A DNA stretch of 64,000 nucleotides from positions 1,078,320 through 1,142,319 of the forward strand of contig OZ245896.1 of assembly GCA_965229665.1 (NCBI GenBank), in the 5' to 3' direction. Shown in pieces: positions 48,675 through 58,232 of this stretch (position 1 is its first letter; every line of letters starts with the position of its first letter). The notes under the pieces were generated by a model, which saw nothing but the letters and a program-made list of their open reading frames with translations, did no database searches and was not told the DNA's origin. The DNA comes from Erythrobacter sp. (GTDB taxonomy: Bacteria; Pseudomonadota; Alphaproteobacteria; Sphingomonadales; Sphingomonadaceae). The position numbers and the translations under genes are program-made.

Positions 48675-49937
48675 ATGTCGGTCTTAACGATCCAACCCTC
48701 GCCGTTCTTTGCCAATAAGAATCGGGCCTTTTGGAATCTCCAGCTCGCTGGTTGGGGCGGAGCCTTTGTGCTGCGCGGAGTGTCCGCCTTGGCCAATGGT
48801 CAGCCGCTCGATTTGCTGGCGGTGATCCTCGTGACCACGATCACAGGCTTTTCGCTGACCTTGGTCTTGTCGGTCATCTACCGACAATTGATCAACCGCA
48901 AGCCGCTTGTCACGTGGGGAACGACCGGAGTGGTCCTGGTGCTTGCGGTGATAATTTACGCCGCGATCGATGCCTGGGTACAGGGCATCTATTACGGAGA
49001 GACGCGCGAGACTGCGTTTGCTCTGCGCTTTCTCGGTTTGACCTATATTCCGTTGACCCTGTTGGGCGGTTGGAGTGCGCTCTACTATGCGATCAATTAC
49101 TTTTTGACCGTAGAACAGCAGGCTGATCGGTTGGAGCGGCTCGAAGCCCAAGCGACAAGCGCACAGCTCGCTATGCTGCGGTACCAGCTGAACCCGCACT
49201 TTCTGTTCAACACGCTCAATTCAATCAGCACTCTGGTCCTGCTCAAGCAAACCGAACCGGCCAATGCCATGCTGACCCGGCTGTCGAGCTTCCTACGGCA
49301 TACTTTGATCGCAGATCCTGGCGGCCAAGCAACGCTGGCGCAGGAGGTTGAGACGCTGCAACTCTACCTCGATATCGAACGCATGCGCTTCGAAGAGCGC
49401 TTGCGGACCAAGTTCGAGATCGAGGACGAGGCGCTCGAGGCGCGGCTGCCGTCGATGCTGCTGCAACCGCTGATAGAGAACGCGATCAAATATGCGGTCA
49501 GCCCACAAGTCGAAGGGGCGGAGATCACTCTTTCCGCTCGAATCGAACACGGGCGGTTGCGGGTCGTCGTTGCCGACACCGGGCCAGGGATGCAAACTGC
49601 TCGGAAAAAACGCGGCAGTGTCGATGCGCTCACCGGAATTGGCGAGCCGATTTCAACCGGCGTTGGATTGGCCAATATCCGCAATCGGTTGATGCAAGCC
49701 TATGGCGAAAACCACCTGTTTGAGACCCGTTCAGAACCGGGTGGCGGATTCACCGTCTCGATTGAGATTCCGTTCACAGTTCAATCCGATTCTGCACCGG
49801 AATCCAGCACAATATCGGACGCGGCAGCAAGCAGCCGCTCACAAGACACCTCTGAAGGGACTTCACAGAACCACCCCGCAAAAACTGGCACTGTGATAGA
49901 CCTGAACCCCCAGCGCGCGATTGGATCCAACGCATGA
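48675..49937 (+). CDS. LytS/YehU-type sensor histidine kinase
   Basis: LRYQLNPHFLFNTLNSI (the His_kinase family block) and a GxGL ATPase region. About 4 N-terminal TM segments. Confidence 0.85.
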   Translation: MSVLTIQPSPFFANKNRAFWNLQLAGWGGAFVLRGVSALANGQPLDLLAVILVTTITGFSLTLVLSVIYRQLINRKPLVTWGTTGVVLVLAVIIYAAIDAWVQGIYYGETRETAFALRFLGLTYIPLTLLGGWSALYYAINYFLTVEQQADRLERLEAQATSAQLAMLRYQLNPHFLFNTLNSISTLVLLKQTEPANAMLTRLSSFLRHTLIADPGGQATLAQEVETLQLYLDIERMRFEERLRTKFEIEDEALEARLPSMLLQPLIENAIKYAVSPQVEGAEITLSARIEHGRLRVVVADTGPGMQTARKKRGSVDALTGIGEPISTGVGLANIRNRLMQAYGENHLFETRSEPGGGFTVSIEIPFTVQSDSAPESSTISDAAASSRSQDTSEGTSQNHPAKTGTVIDLNPQRAIGSNA

Positions 49938-50731
49938 CTATTCGAACTATCTTGGTCGACGACGAAAAACTGGCCACTCAAGGCCTTGCCCTCCGGCTTG
50001 AGGCCTTCCCCGATGTCGAGATTATCGACACCTGCTCGAACGGACGGGAAGCCATTCGCAAGATCAAAACCGAGAAGCCCGACCTGGTCTTTCTGGACAT
50101 TCAAATGCCAGGCTTTGACGGTTTCTCCGTCGTCAAAGGTGTGATGGAGATCGATCCGCCGCTGATCGTGTTTGTTACCGCCTACGAGGAGCACGCCATC
50201 CGCGCTTTCGAAGCCAATGCGGTGAATTATCTGATGAAGCCAGTCGCCGAAGACAAATTGGCGGACACGATTGAGCGTGTGCGCGAGCGTATCGCTCAGA
50301 AGAAGTCGACCGAAGAGGCAGACAAGCTCAAAGACGTGCTGGCGGAGGTTGCACCGGACCGCGCCGAAGAGCTTACCGATGCCGGAGCCGAAAGCGTGGA
50401 CCGCTTCGAAAAGCTGATCAATGTAAAGGATCGCGGGCAAATCTTCCGTGTTGAGGTGGACTCGATCGAACGGATCGAAGCGGCCGGCGATTACATGTGC
50501 ATCTATACCGCCGAGAACTCCCTGATCCTGCGCGAAACGATGAAGGATCTCGAACGGCGGCTCGATCCGCGCGTGTTCCAACGGGTTCACCGCAGCTGGA
50601 TCGTCAATCTCGATCAAGTGCGGCAGGTTAAGCCGCACACCAATGGCGAGTGCTTCCTGGTGCTTGATTCTGGCGCCGAAGTGAAGGTTTCGCGCAGCTA
50701 TCGCGATGTTGTCGCGCGGTTTGTGCATTAG
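49934..50731 (+). CDS. LytR/AlgR-family response regulator (receiver + LytTR)
   Basis: ILVDDE...DLVFLDIQMPG receiver domain and a C-terminal LytTR block ERIEAAGDYMCIYT. ATGA overlap with the kinase gene. Confidence 0.9.
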   Translation: MTIRTILVDDEKLATQGLALRLEAFPDVEIIDTCSNGREAIRKIKTEKPDLVFLDIQMPGFDGFSVVKGVMEIDPPLIVFVTAYEEHAIRAFEANAVNYLMKPVAEDKLADTIERVRERIAQKKSTEEADKLKDVLAEVAPDRAEELTDAGAESVDRFEKLINVKDRGQIFRVEVDSIERIEAAGDYMCIYTAENSLILRETMKDLERRLDPRVFQRVHRSWIVNLDQVRQVKPHTNGECFLVLDSGAEVKVSRSYRDVVARFVH

Positions 50732-50750
50732 TTTTCTATGTGATCGCATA

Positions 50751-50827
50751 GCCGCCCACGCCCTCCACTCTTCCACCCGGATGATATCCCGGTAGGCTCC
50801 GGGTGGAAGAGGGAGGGCGCGGGTGGC
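50751..50827. repeat. long imperfect hairpin repeat, copy 1 (30-nt arms, 18-nt loop)
   Basis: GCCGCCCACGCCCTCCACTCTTCCACCCGG ... CCGGGTGGAAGAGGGAGGGCGCGGGTGGC. Near-identical to 61691..61778. Starts 20 nt after the response-regulator stop. Confidence 0.85.
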
Positions 50828-51072
50828 TACGGCTTCAATCCGGGAAAGAGATTCTCCTCGCGGCCAGTTGCTCTCGCAATGGCCTCCGCGGGGGCGGCCT
50901 AACTGGCGGTCGCGCTCTGACTTCCGTGACCTAGAAACCAACGGTTTGCGAGTAGCAAACCGCAAGGGCGACCGCCCGCCCGCAGCGATGCAACCGTCAG
51001 GTTGCGTGAGCGAGGAAATCGCGAGCGCGGATGCGCTTGCGGAATACAAACAACTCCTCCAGACAGGTCTGC

Positions 51073-51933
51073 ATGACCTTCACCCTCCCCGGCTTCGATC
51101 TCGACGCATTTGTCCGCGAAACACTGGCAGAGGATCTTGGCGAAGGCCTGCCTGGTGGCGGGCACGATGTGACCTCGGAGAGCGTGATCCCGGCTGACGC
51201 GCAGTTTTCTGGCGTGATGGACAGTCGCGATGCGGTCGTCGTGGCCGGCCTGCCCGTCGCCGAAGCCTTCTTCCGCGCGCTCGACCGGGACATGGTAATC
51301 GAACATCTGGTCAAAGACGGCGATGCGGTCGAGCCTGGCGCCGATCTTATGCGGCTCACAGGCAACGCACGCGCTATGCTGACAGCGGAGCGCAGCGCGC
51401 TTAACATCGTCCAGCACCTTTCGGGCATAGCGACCATGACTCGCGACTATGTCGTGGCGATGGACAACCCAAATTGCACCCTGCTCGACACTCGCAAGAC
51501 CATTCCTGGTCTGCGCCATCTCGAGAAATACGCCACGCGTCAGGGTGGCGCGCGCAATCATCGCATGGGATTATGGGATGCTGCCATGATCAAGGACAAT
51601 CACGTGCTGGTGGCCGGGAATGTTGGCGAGGCAGTGAAGCGCGCACGCGAGGCTGGCGTGGAGCACATCATTTGCGAGGTGGATCGGCTCGACCAGATCG
51701 AGCCTGCTCTTAAAGCGGGGGCCCATCACCTGCTGCTCGACAATATGTCACCCGAGATTTTGCGTGAAGCAGTCGCTACAATTGCGGGCCGGGCGCAGAC
51801 CGAGGCCAGCGGCGGGATCAATCTGGATACGATCAAGGCCAAGGCCGCCACAGGGGTCGATTTCGTGTCGGTCGGGCGTTTAACTCAGAGCGCGCCGGCA
51901 GCGGATATCGGCCTCGACTTCTCTCCGCTGTGA
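51073..51933 (+). CDS. nadC: nicotinate-nucleotide diphosphorylase (carboxylating)
   Basis: ERSALNIVQHLSGIATMT, DTRKTIPGLR and GGARNHRMGL. Confidence 0.9.
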   Translation: MTFTLPGFDLDAFVRETLAEDLGEGLPGGGHDVTSESVIPADAQFSGVMDSRDAVVVAGLPVAEAFFRALDRDMVIEHLVKDGDAVEPGADLMRLTGNARAMLTAERSALNIVQHLSGIATMTRDYVVAMDNPNCTLLDTRKTIPGLRHLEKYATRQGGARNHRMGLWDAAMIKDNHVLVAGNVGEAVKRAREAGVEHIICEVDRLDQIEPALKAGAHHLLLDNMSPEILREAVATIAGRAQTEASGGINLDTIKAKAATGVDFVSVGRLTQSAPAADIGLDFSPL

Positions 51934-51946
51934 TGACGGGTCTTTG

Positions 51947-52384
51947 ATGGTAAAGCGGCGATCCGGCCCGCGACCGCGCTCGGTCAAAGCCTTTGCAGCG
52001 ATTGTGCTGGCCCTCGCCTGTTGGAACCTCGCCACCGCGCTGTTCGACCTGCCAGGACAGGAGGGATTCTTGCGGTCTCTTGGCCTTGGCTTCGAATGGA
52101 ACCGCGACTGGACGATTGTCGCAAGCTCAGCCTGGTTCACGATTGAGCTAATACCGATCGCGCTGGTGTGGTTCTTTGCCAGTGGCTTTGCACGGTGGCT
52201 GGTGCTTGCCATGGCGAGCCTCAAACTGCTGCTTTTGCTGAGCAACCCGCCATTGCTTTATGCTGTGCCAGGCTTGCTGATGGGATCCTTGGTCACCTTC
52301 GGCGCGATTGCCTTGCTGTTCTCGCGTGATGCTGCAGGCTGGTTCAATCCAGCGGAGGAGGTCGATCATGATGCATTTGATTAA
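51947..52384 (+). CDS. membrane protein, hypothetical
   Basis: 4 hydrophobic segments. The 3' end overlaps the start of the RNase T2 gene by 17 nt. Confidence 0.55.
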   Translation: MVKRRSGPRPRSVKAFAAIVLALACWNLATALFDLPGQEGFLRSLGLGFEWNRDWTIVASSAWFTIELIPIALVWFFASGFARWLVLAMASLKLLLLLSNPPLLYAVPGLLMGSLVTFGAIALLFSRDAAGWFNPAEEVDHDAFD

Positions 52385-53084
52385 GGGCTTTGCACGCCTT
52401 TGGCTTGCGCTCCTATTGGCCATTCCCTCGGCCGCTGCGGCGCAAGCCTATCAATGCCGCATGCCCAACATCTCGAGCGTGCCGATAATCCCGCGCGATG
52501 GCTCTCCGCGCGACATCCCCACGACCGGCTACACTCTGGCGCTGAGCTGGTCGCCCGAATTCTGCAAGCCGCGCGAGGATCAGCGCGCTCATGCGACCCA
52601 ATGTTCGGGTGCCAATGGCCGCTTCGGGCTGGTGGTTCACGGTCTGTGGCCCAATGGCGCGCGATCCTGGCCGCAATGGTGCCCGACCAAGGGGGTGCTC
52701 AACCCGACAGAGCTGCGCCGCAATCTCTGTATGATGCCGTCAGCCCGGTTGATCGCCCGGCAGTGGTCCAAGCACGGCAGCTGCATGACCCGAAGGCCCG
52801 AAACCTATTTCAAGGTCACCAGGATCCTGTGGGACAGTCTGCGGATCCCCGATTACGATCGCATTTCACGCGAGGATGACCTCACCGCTGGGCGGATTCG
52901 CCGCGCCTTTGCCGATGCCAATCCGGGCTGGCAGCCGAGCCAGATCGGGATCAAGCTCAACAGCCGGGGCTGGTTGCAGGAAATCCGGCTGTGCTATTCG
53001 ATCCGCTTCCGACCGACACGCTGCGACAGTTCACGTTTTGGCGCGCGCGACGGGGTGCAGGCGAAGATCTGGCGAGGGCTTTAA
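52368..53084 (+). CDS. ribonuclease T2 family protein, secreted
   Basis: CAS I-like VVHGLWP and CAS II-like WSKHGSC. Signal peptide MMHLIKGFARLWLALLLAIPSAAAAQA. Confidence 0.8.
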   Translation: MMHLIKGFARLWLALLLAIPSAAAAQAYQCRMPNISSVPIIPRDGSPRDIPTTGYTLALSWSPEFCKPREDQRAHATQCSGANGRFGLVVHGLWPNGARSWPQWCPTKGVLNPTELRRNLCMMPSARLIARQWSKHGSCMTRRPETYFKVTRILWDSLRIPDYDRISREDDLTAGRIRRAFADANPGWQPSQIGIKLNSRGWLQEIRLCYSIRFRPTRCDSSRFGARDGVQAKIWRGL

Positions 53085-53602
53085 CGAGGTTCGCCAGCGT
53101 CGAGAAACCTCGCCCAAACGCCCCATGGTTCCCAAACCTTGGCAATAGGTTCATGCGCGCGTGCGCGGTCCAGTCCTTCAACCTCATTGCGATAGCGCGC
53201 TACAAACACCGACACGCGCGCATTGACCGCGCAATGCACCCAGACCTTCGAATTCTGATGCGACTGCATCGCTTCAACAAACTGCTCAAAGTCGTGCTCG
53301 GTCGGGCCTTTGAAGTCGACCGGGATATAGACGTAGTCCAGACCCAGCCGACGAACGAGATCGGGCTCGCCCTTGAGCGCATTCTCGCTGTCAGCCGGCA
53401 GGAGATTGATCACAGTCGAGAACCCGGCGGACTTGATCGCCGCAAACTGCTCTTTGGTTGGCTGCCCCGAGGTGCCAATCCGGTCCGAGATCGCGACATA
53501 GTTGAAGATGTCTTCGAGCTGGCCGCCACGCGGGTCATACCCGGTGTATTTGGCGATCAGAGTCCCGGCATAGCCGACCAGCGTTCGAATTGTGTTGAGC
53601 AT
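53081..53602 (-). CDS. protein-tyrosine-phosphatase-like (DUF442/TIGR01244-type) protein
   Basis: Cys-X5-Arg loop HCAVNARVS. N-terminal block ISDRIGTSGQPTKEQFAAIKSAGFSTVINL. Confidence 0.65.
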   Translation of the reverse strand: MLNTIRTLVGYAGTLIAKYTGYDPRGGQLEDIFNYVAISDRIGTSGQPTKEQFAAIKSAGFSTVINLLPADSENALKGEPDLVRRLGLDYVYIPVDFKGPTEHDFEQFVEAMQSHQNSKVWVHCAVNARVSVFVARYRNEVEGLDRARAHEPIAKVWEPWGVWARFLDAGEPR

Positions 53603-53604
53603 GG

Positions 53605-54060
53605 TCAGCGGCGCTCCTTGAAAAAGGTCCGCAGCAGTTCTGCGGCCTCTTGCTCTCCTAGGCCCGAATAGACCTCAGGGCGATGCAAGCATTGGTCTTG
53701 TTCGAATACCCGCGCTCCGTGTTCAACGGCCCCGCCTTTGGGGTCGCTCGCACCATAATATAGTCGTGCGATCCTGGCGTGGCTGATCGCGCCAGCGCAC
53801 ATCGCGCAGGGCTCGAGCGTGACATAGAGATCGCAATCACTCAGCCGTTCCTGCCCAAGCGCCTCTGCTGCCTTTCGCAGCGCCCGGATCTCGGCATGGC
53901 CGGTCGGGTCTGGTGGCTGGCGCGTGGCATTGCCGGCAGTGGCGATAATCTGCTCTCCGCGTACCACGACCGCGCCAATCGGGACCTCTCCGGCGGCTTC
54001 GGCAGCGCGGGCCGCGTCAAGGGCGGCGAGCATGGGTTGCGGGATCGGCCAGCGAGTCAT
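53605..54060 (-). CDS. tadA: tRNA adenosine(34) deaminase
   Basis: HAEIRALRKAA and PCAMCAGAI. Confidence 0.9.
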   Translation of the reverse strand: MTRWPIPQPMLAALDAARAAEAAGEVPIGAVVVRGEQIIATAGNATRQPPDPTGHAEIRALRKAAEALGQERLSDCDLYVTLEPCAMCAGAISHARIARLYYGASDPKGGAVEHGARVFEQDQCLHRPEVYSGLGEQEAAELLRTFFKERR

Positions 54061-54104
54061 AGTAAGCCCGCGCTAGCCGGGTGCCGATCAGGGTGCAACT
54101 TTGC

Positions 54105-54133
54105 TTGACGATTCGCACTTGCGCTTATATGTG
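54105..54133 (+). promoter_or_regulatory. sigma-70-like promoter candidate for rpmB
   Basis: TTGACG at 54105-54110 and TTATATGTG at 54125-54133, which gives a -10 hexamer at 15-17 nt spacing. About 90 nt upstream of the ATG. Confidence 0.35.
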
Positions 54134-54222
54134 CGCGCCTTTCCGAGTGAAGGGACCGTGGTCTCGGCACCGAACAGGAGCGTCTTGCGCGTTCCGTCAC
54201 ACGAAACGAATTGAGAGATATC

Positions 54223-54510
54223 ATGTCGCGGATTTGCGAACTGACCGGCAAAGGTCGTCTGGTCGGCAACAACGTTAGCCACGCCAACAACAAGACCAAG
54301 CGTGTTTTTCTGCCGAACCTTCAGAACGTTACGCTGCTGAGCGAAAAGCTTGACCGCAGCTTCAAGTTCCGGGTGTCGACCCATGGTTTGCGTTCGGTAG
54401 AGCACAATGGCGGTCTAGACGCCTGGTTGCTCAAGACCAAGGACGACAAGCTGTCGGCACGCGCGCTCAAGGTGAAGCGTGAGCTGATCAAGGCGCAAGA
54501 CGCCGCCTGA
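54223..54510 (+). CDS. rpmB: 50S ribosomal protein L28
   Basis: [34 protein letters not shown]. Confidence 0.95.
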   Translation: MSRICELTGKGRLVGNNVSHANNKTKRVFLPNLQNVTLLSEKLDRSFKFRVSTHGLRSVEHNGGLDAWLLKTKDDKLSARALKVKRELIKAQDAA

Positions 54511-54533
54511 ACCGTTTAGACTGAGAATTTGTA

Positions 54534-54566
54534 AGGGCGTGCGAGGCGACTCGCTCGCCCTTTTTA
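54534..54566 (+). terminator. rho-independent terminator after rpmB
   Basis: GGGCGTGCGAG-GCGA-CTCGCTCGCCC stem-loop followed by TTTTTATTT. It abuts the stop of the convergent gene. Confidence 0.75.
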
Positions 54567-55571
54567 TTTGCCCTCCGCGGAGAATTCGGAGGGGCTTTTG
54601 GGCGGCCAGCTCAGCCGTGCCAGCAGGCTGCGCTGAAACGCGGATTGATTGTCATCGGCGATCAGGAACAGTGAGCCCCTGCCGTCATCCGTGAGTGGTG
54701 CGGGCACGAAGGCGATCCCCTCGAAGTTTTCGGCGAGATCGGGTGCGCCAAATCGTGCGATGATCTCGCCGCCCCATTGTCCGTCGGCCTCAATCGTCTC
54801 TGGGTCTGCGACCATGATTGCTCCGTCAAACCGGGCCGGAATGGCATATTCAACTCGGCGCAGCAGGATGGCAAGCTGGCCATCAGGCAGCTCGGTCGCA
54901 TCGACCGGAGCGTAACCGTCGGGTGCGACGAAACGAAACTCTAGGCTTTGGGCATCCGGATCGGTGGGATCGCGATCGAACAAGACACCAGGTCGATCCG
55001 GCAGACCACGGTCTTCGGGGCCTTCAGCCAGCACCAGGAACTGACCGTCCGCAAGGCGTTGAAGCGTCTCTGGACCACTATTGAACGAGAATTCTCTCAA
55101 TTCGCTAGGTTGGCGTCGATGACCCGCCCCATCCTCTGAAAGTCGCTCGATCGCGTTGCTGTGTTCAAAGGCCGTCCAAATCTGCTCGCCATCCGGTGAA
55201 ATGGTGAGGGCCTCAAGGTCGACCAGTTCGCGCTGCTTCTCGCCCCGTCCCGGCAGGAAGTCATAACGGGCGCCAGTTTCCTGCGGTTCACCCTCTGCCA
55301 ACGGAATTTGGAGTAGGCGCCCGCGATCGCTTCCGGCCAAGAGGTCACCATTTGGCAAGCGCACTAGGGCGGAAAAGCCGTGGTGGTGATCGTTGCTGCT
55401 GGTGAGGTCCCAAAGGCCGGTAAGGTTAAGGTCGCTGGACACTCCGGTCGGAGCGTCGATTGGCACGATGCGAAGCGGCGCAGCGTAGTCGCGTGAGGTG
55501 ACCTCGGTCCGGACCCAAGTACCAGGGGCCAAGCCAAGCGCGATGACAGCAAGGAGGAGCAGGCGGGTCAC
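54564..55571 (-). CDS. secreted esterase-like-activity-of-phytase family protein
   Basis: Signal peptide MTRLLLLAVIALGLAPG and a beta-propeller-like repetitive composition. The family call comes from resemblance only. Confidence 0.45.
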   Translation of the reverse strand: MTRLLLLAVIALGLAPGTWVRTEVTSRDYAAPLRIVPIDAPTGVSSDLNLTGLWDLTSSNDHHHGFSALVRLPNGDLLAGSDRGRLLQIPLAEGEPQETGARYDFLPGRGEKQRELVDLEALTISPDGEQIWTAFEHSNAIERLSEDGAGHRRQPSELREFSFNSGPETLQRLADGQFLVLAEGPEDRGLPDRPGVLFDRDPTDPDAQSLEFRFVAPDGYAPVDATELPDGQLAILLRRVEYAIPARFDGAIMVADPETIEADGQWGGEIIARFGAPDLAENFEGIAFVPAPLTDDGRGSLFLIADDNQSAFQRSLLARLSWPPKSPSEFSAEGK

Positions 55572-55624
55572 GGCTGGCCTTCTCGGCGAAAAAGGTTTCG
55601 AAAATCAGTAGGGCCGAGAGGCTA

Positions 55625-56527
55625 TCACATCGGGCCGACGAACAGCAGCGGGTCGAGCCGCGCATTGTTCCACTTGAGGCTCCAATGCAAATGCGGGCCG
55701 GTTGCTCTGCCGCTCGACCCGACGTTGCCAATATACTGGCCTTGCCTGACCACATCGCCTTCTTTGACTGCAATCTTGGAGGAATGCAGGAAGGCACTGT
55801 TGAGGCCAGCGCCGTGATCGATGATGATCAAGCCGCCTTCGAGCGAGAAGCCGGTGCGAGCCAGCACCACCACGCCATCGGCCGGGGCAACGAAGGCCAC
55901 GCCATGACCGGGGGCAATATCGAGCCCAGAGTGATAGCTTCCGGGTTCGCCGCGATAGATTCTTTGTGCGCCAAACCGGCCCGAAATCCGACCCTTCACC
56001 GGCCAGACAAAGTCCTGTTTCCAGCCTTCTGCGCCCGTCTTTTGCTGCCGCGCATCCCAAATCGCCGCCAGTTCCGGCCGACGGCGCTTCATAAAGGCTT
56101 CGCTCGCTCCGCCGCTGCGCCGGGCTACATTGATCCGCTCAAGTCGCCAGTCGCGATCACTGATCGCCAATTCTCTGGTCATGGATCCGCCGTCGGGGAG
56201 CGTGGCGGTGAGCGTGATCGATCCGCTGCCGTCGCGGTCAAACGCTGCGAAGAAGCTTCCGTCCCGCGCAATTGCGAGCTCTTGATCTCCCAAATGCGCG
56301 CTGATCGCCCGGGAAGGCACTTTACCGCGAATCCAGCCGCCTTCGGTGAGTTCTCCGGCAAACTCGAAATCCCGCTGAACGGCAGTAGCGGTCGGATAGG
56401 AAGCAACCAACGAGGCGGTGCCGGTTGCCTCTGCACTTGGAGTGCTATCGGCTGCCTTGTCGTCCGCATGGGCACTGGCAACACCGGTCAAGGCAAGGGC
56501 CAAGGCACAGGCGAGCAGCGACCTCAT
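55625..56527 (-). CDS. M23-family metallopeptidase
   Basis: HSGLDIA and GPHLHWSL. Signal peptide MRSLLACALALALTGVASAHA. ATGA overlap with the upstream gene. Confidence 0.85.
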   Translation of the reverse strand: MRSLLACALALALTGVASAHADDKAADSTPSAEATGTASLVASYPTATAVQRDFEFAGELTEGGWIRGKVPSRAISAHLGDQELAIARDGSFFAAFDRDGSGSITLTATLPDGGSMTRELAISDRDWRLERINVARRSGGASEAFMKRRRPELAAIWDARQQKTGAEGWKQDFVWPVKGRISGRFGAQRIYRGEPGSYHSGLDIAPGHGVAFVAPADGVVVLARTGFSLEGGLIIIDHGAGLNSAFLHSSKIAVKEGDVVRQGQYIGNVGSSGRATGPHLHWSLKWNNARLDPLLFVGPM

Positions 56528-56727
56528 TTGTCGCCCAGCAATCGCTCGGTCGCTATTTGGGCGCTCGCGTAGGCTTCCTGATGCTCGGCGCTCCAATAAT
56601 GGAGCTCTTCCAAGGGAATGACTTCGCCTGAAACTGCACAAAAGACATGTTGCCCCGGTTTAAGCACGCGGAAGCTCGATGGGCCGTAATAGAGTTTTGC
56701 GGCGCTATCGCCTGAATTCATCAACAT
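56524..56727 (-). CDS. DUF2093-family small protein
   Basis: 67 aa, AKLYYGPSSFRVLKPGQHVFCAVSGEVIPLEELHYWS. Confidence 0.6.
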   Translation of the reverse strand: MLMNSGDSAAKLYYGPSSFRVLKPGQHVFCAVSGEVIPLEELHYWSAEHQEAYASAQIATERLLGDK

Positions 56728-56750
56728 GGGTGTTCTTCTATCATGACTTT

Positions 56751-58232
56751 CTAGTCGAACAAATCGTCCTGTGCGCTCTGTGTTCCGGTCTCTGGCGTGC
56801 GCTTGCGCATAGGCTTGGCTGGCGCTGCGGAGGAACCAGCAGCCGAATCCCGCGCAATCTCAAGCACATCATCCTTGAATTGAAGCTTAAGCACGGCCTC
56901 TTTTGCGGCCTGCTGCTTGCTGGTCAGCGCCTTGCCCGCACTGTCACGGACGATGGCATAGCCCCGTTCGAGCGGCTTCTCAGGGTGAAATTGGCTCGCC
57001 AGCCGTGCCAAGGCGTCAAGCTGCGCGCGCTTCTGTTCGAGCGGGCGCTGAACCAGACTGGGCACCAATCGCGCGCGATCAAGTCGCGTCTGGGCATCGC
57101 GGGCGCCGCGCTGCAATACGGCGGGAGACAGTCGCGCCGCTACGGCTGCCAATTTCTCACGCCCCGCACCCGAGCGATCAACCAGTCCGCGCCGCAATCT
57201 TTCCCCCAGCTCGTCAAGCCGCTGGGTATGCGCCTGCAAGACTTGTTCGGGGCGGGGCAGACGACGGACCCGCGCCTCGAGCCGCTCGCGCCCTAGCTCA
57301 ACCGGGCGATAGACCGCCCGGCTCTGACGGTTGGCGAGATCGGCCACTGTCGCCAGCAGGTCGGCCCGCACCGGAACCGCCATTTCAGCAGCAGCGGTGG
57401 GAGTCGGCGCACGACGATCGGCAGCATAGTCTGCCAAGGTCGTATCGGTCTCATGCCCTACCGCAGAAATAACCGGAATGGTACATTCTGAGATCGCGCG
57501 AACCACAATCTCCTCATTGAAGCTCCATAAGTCCTCGATCGAGCCGCCGCCACGTGCGACAATCACGACATCGGGACGCGGCAGCGCCCCGCCTGGCTCA
57601 AGCGCGGAAAACCCACGGATCGCGCCCGCCACTTGCTCAGCTGCACCCTGGCCCTGGACCAGAACCGGCCAGACCAGAACCTGGCTCGGGAAGCGATCCG
57701 CCAACCTATGAAGGATATCGCGAATCACCGATCCGGTCGGCGAAGTGACCACGCCGATGGTCTTGGGAAGATAAGGCAGCGCGCGTTTGCGCTCACGCGC
57801 GAACAGCCCTTCAGCCTCGAGCCGCGCACGGGTCTTCTCGAGCAGCGCCAGCAGCGCCCCCTCGCCCGCCAATTCGAGCCGCTCGATCACGATCTGGTAC
57901 TTCGAACGCCCGGCATAGGTGGTCAGCTTGCCCGAGGCGATCACATCGAGCCCATCTTCGGGGTTGAAGGCCAGCCGGCTGGTGTTGCCGCGCCACATCA
58001 CCCCGTCGAGCACCGATTTCTCGTCCTTGAGCGCACAATAGAGGTGGCCCGAGGCGGCCCGCTTGACCCCCGACATCTCGCCGCGGATCCGCACAAAGCC
58101 AAAGCGATCCTCAACCGTCCGCTTGAGCGCCTGCGAAATCTCGGTGATCGACAGCGGCTCGGCGTTGTCGCCCTTGGAAGAGCGCGCTACCAGCCCAGAA
58201 TTGTCGTCAAATTCGGAAGGCGGGGGTGCCAT
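56751..58232 (-). CDS. xseA: exodeoxyribonuclease VII large subunit
   Basis: OB-fold N-terminus [26 protein letters not shown] and [12 protein letters not shown]. Confidence 0.9.
   Translation of the reverse strand: MAPPPSEFDDNSGLVARSSKGDNAEPLSITEISQALKRTVEDRFGFVRIRGEMSGVKRAASGHLYCALKDEKSVLDGVMWRGNTSRLAFNPEDGLDVIASGKLTTYAGRSKYQIVIERLELAGEGALLALLEKTRARLEAEGLFARERKRALPYLPKTIGVVTSPTGSVIRDILHRLADRFPSQVLVWPVLVQGQGAAEQVAGAIRGFSALEPGGALPRPDVVIVARGGGSIEDLWSFNEEIVVRAISECTIPVISAVGHETDTTLADYAADRRAPTPTAAAEMAVPVRADLLATVADLANRQSRAVYRPVELGRERLEARVRRLPRPEQVLQAHTQRLDELGERLRRGLVDRSGAGREKLAAVAARLSPAVLQRGARDAQTRLDRARLVPSLVQRPLEQKRAQLDALARLASQFHPEKPLERGYAIVRDSAGKALTSKQQAAKEAVLKLQFKDDVLEIARDSAAGSSAAPAKPMRKRTPETGTQSAQDDLFD

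Noticed and set aside
50862-51040. Tried to identify the structured nadC-upstream stretch as a known RNA: SRP/4.5S RNA, 6S RNA, tmRNA, RNase P, a cobalamin riboswitch (minus-strand AAGTCAGAGCGCGACCGCC vaguely resembles a B12 box) or an NAD+ riboswitch.
   Set aside because: The SRP domain IV motif (GGUCCGGAAGGAAGCAGCC) is absent, as are a tmRNA tag frame and T-arm and the RNase P GAGGAAAGUCC. The B12-box-like string has extra nucleotides and no downstream gene on that strand. Known NAD+ riboswitch classes are not established in this lineage, and I cannot match their consensus from memory. It is kept only as an unnamed structured candidate.
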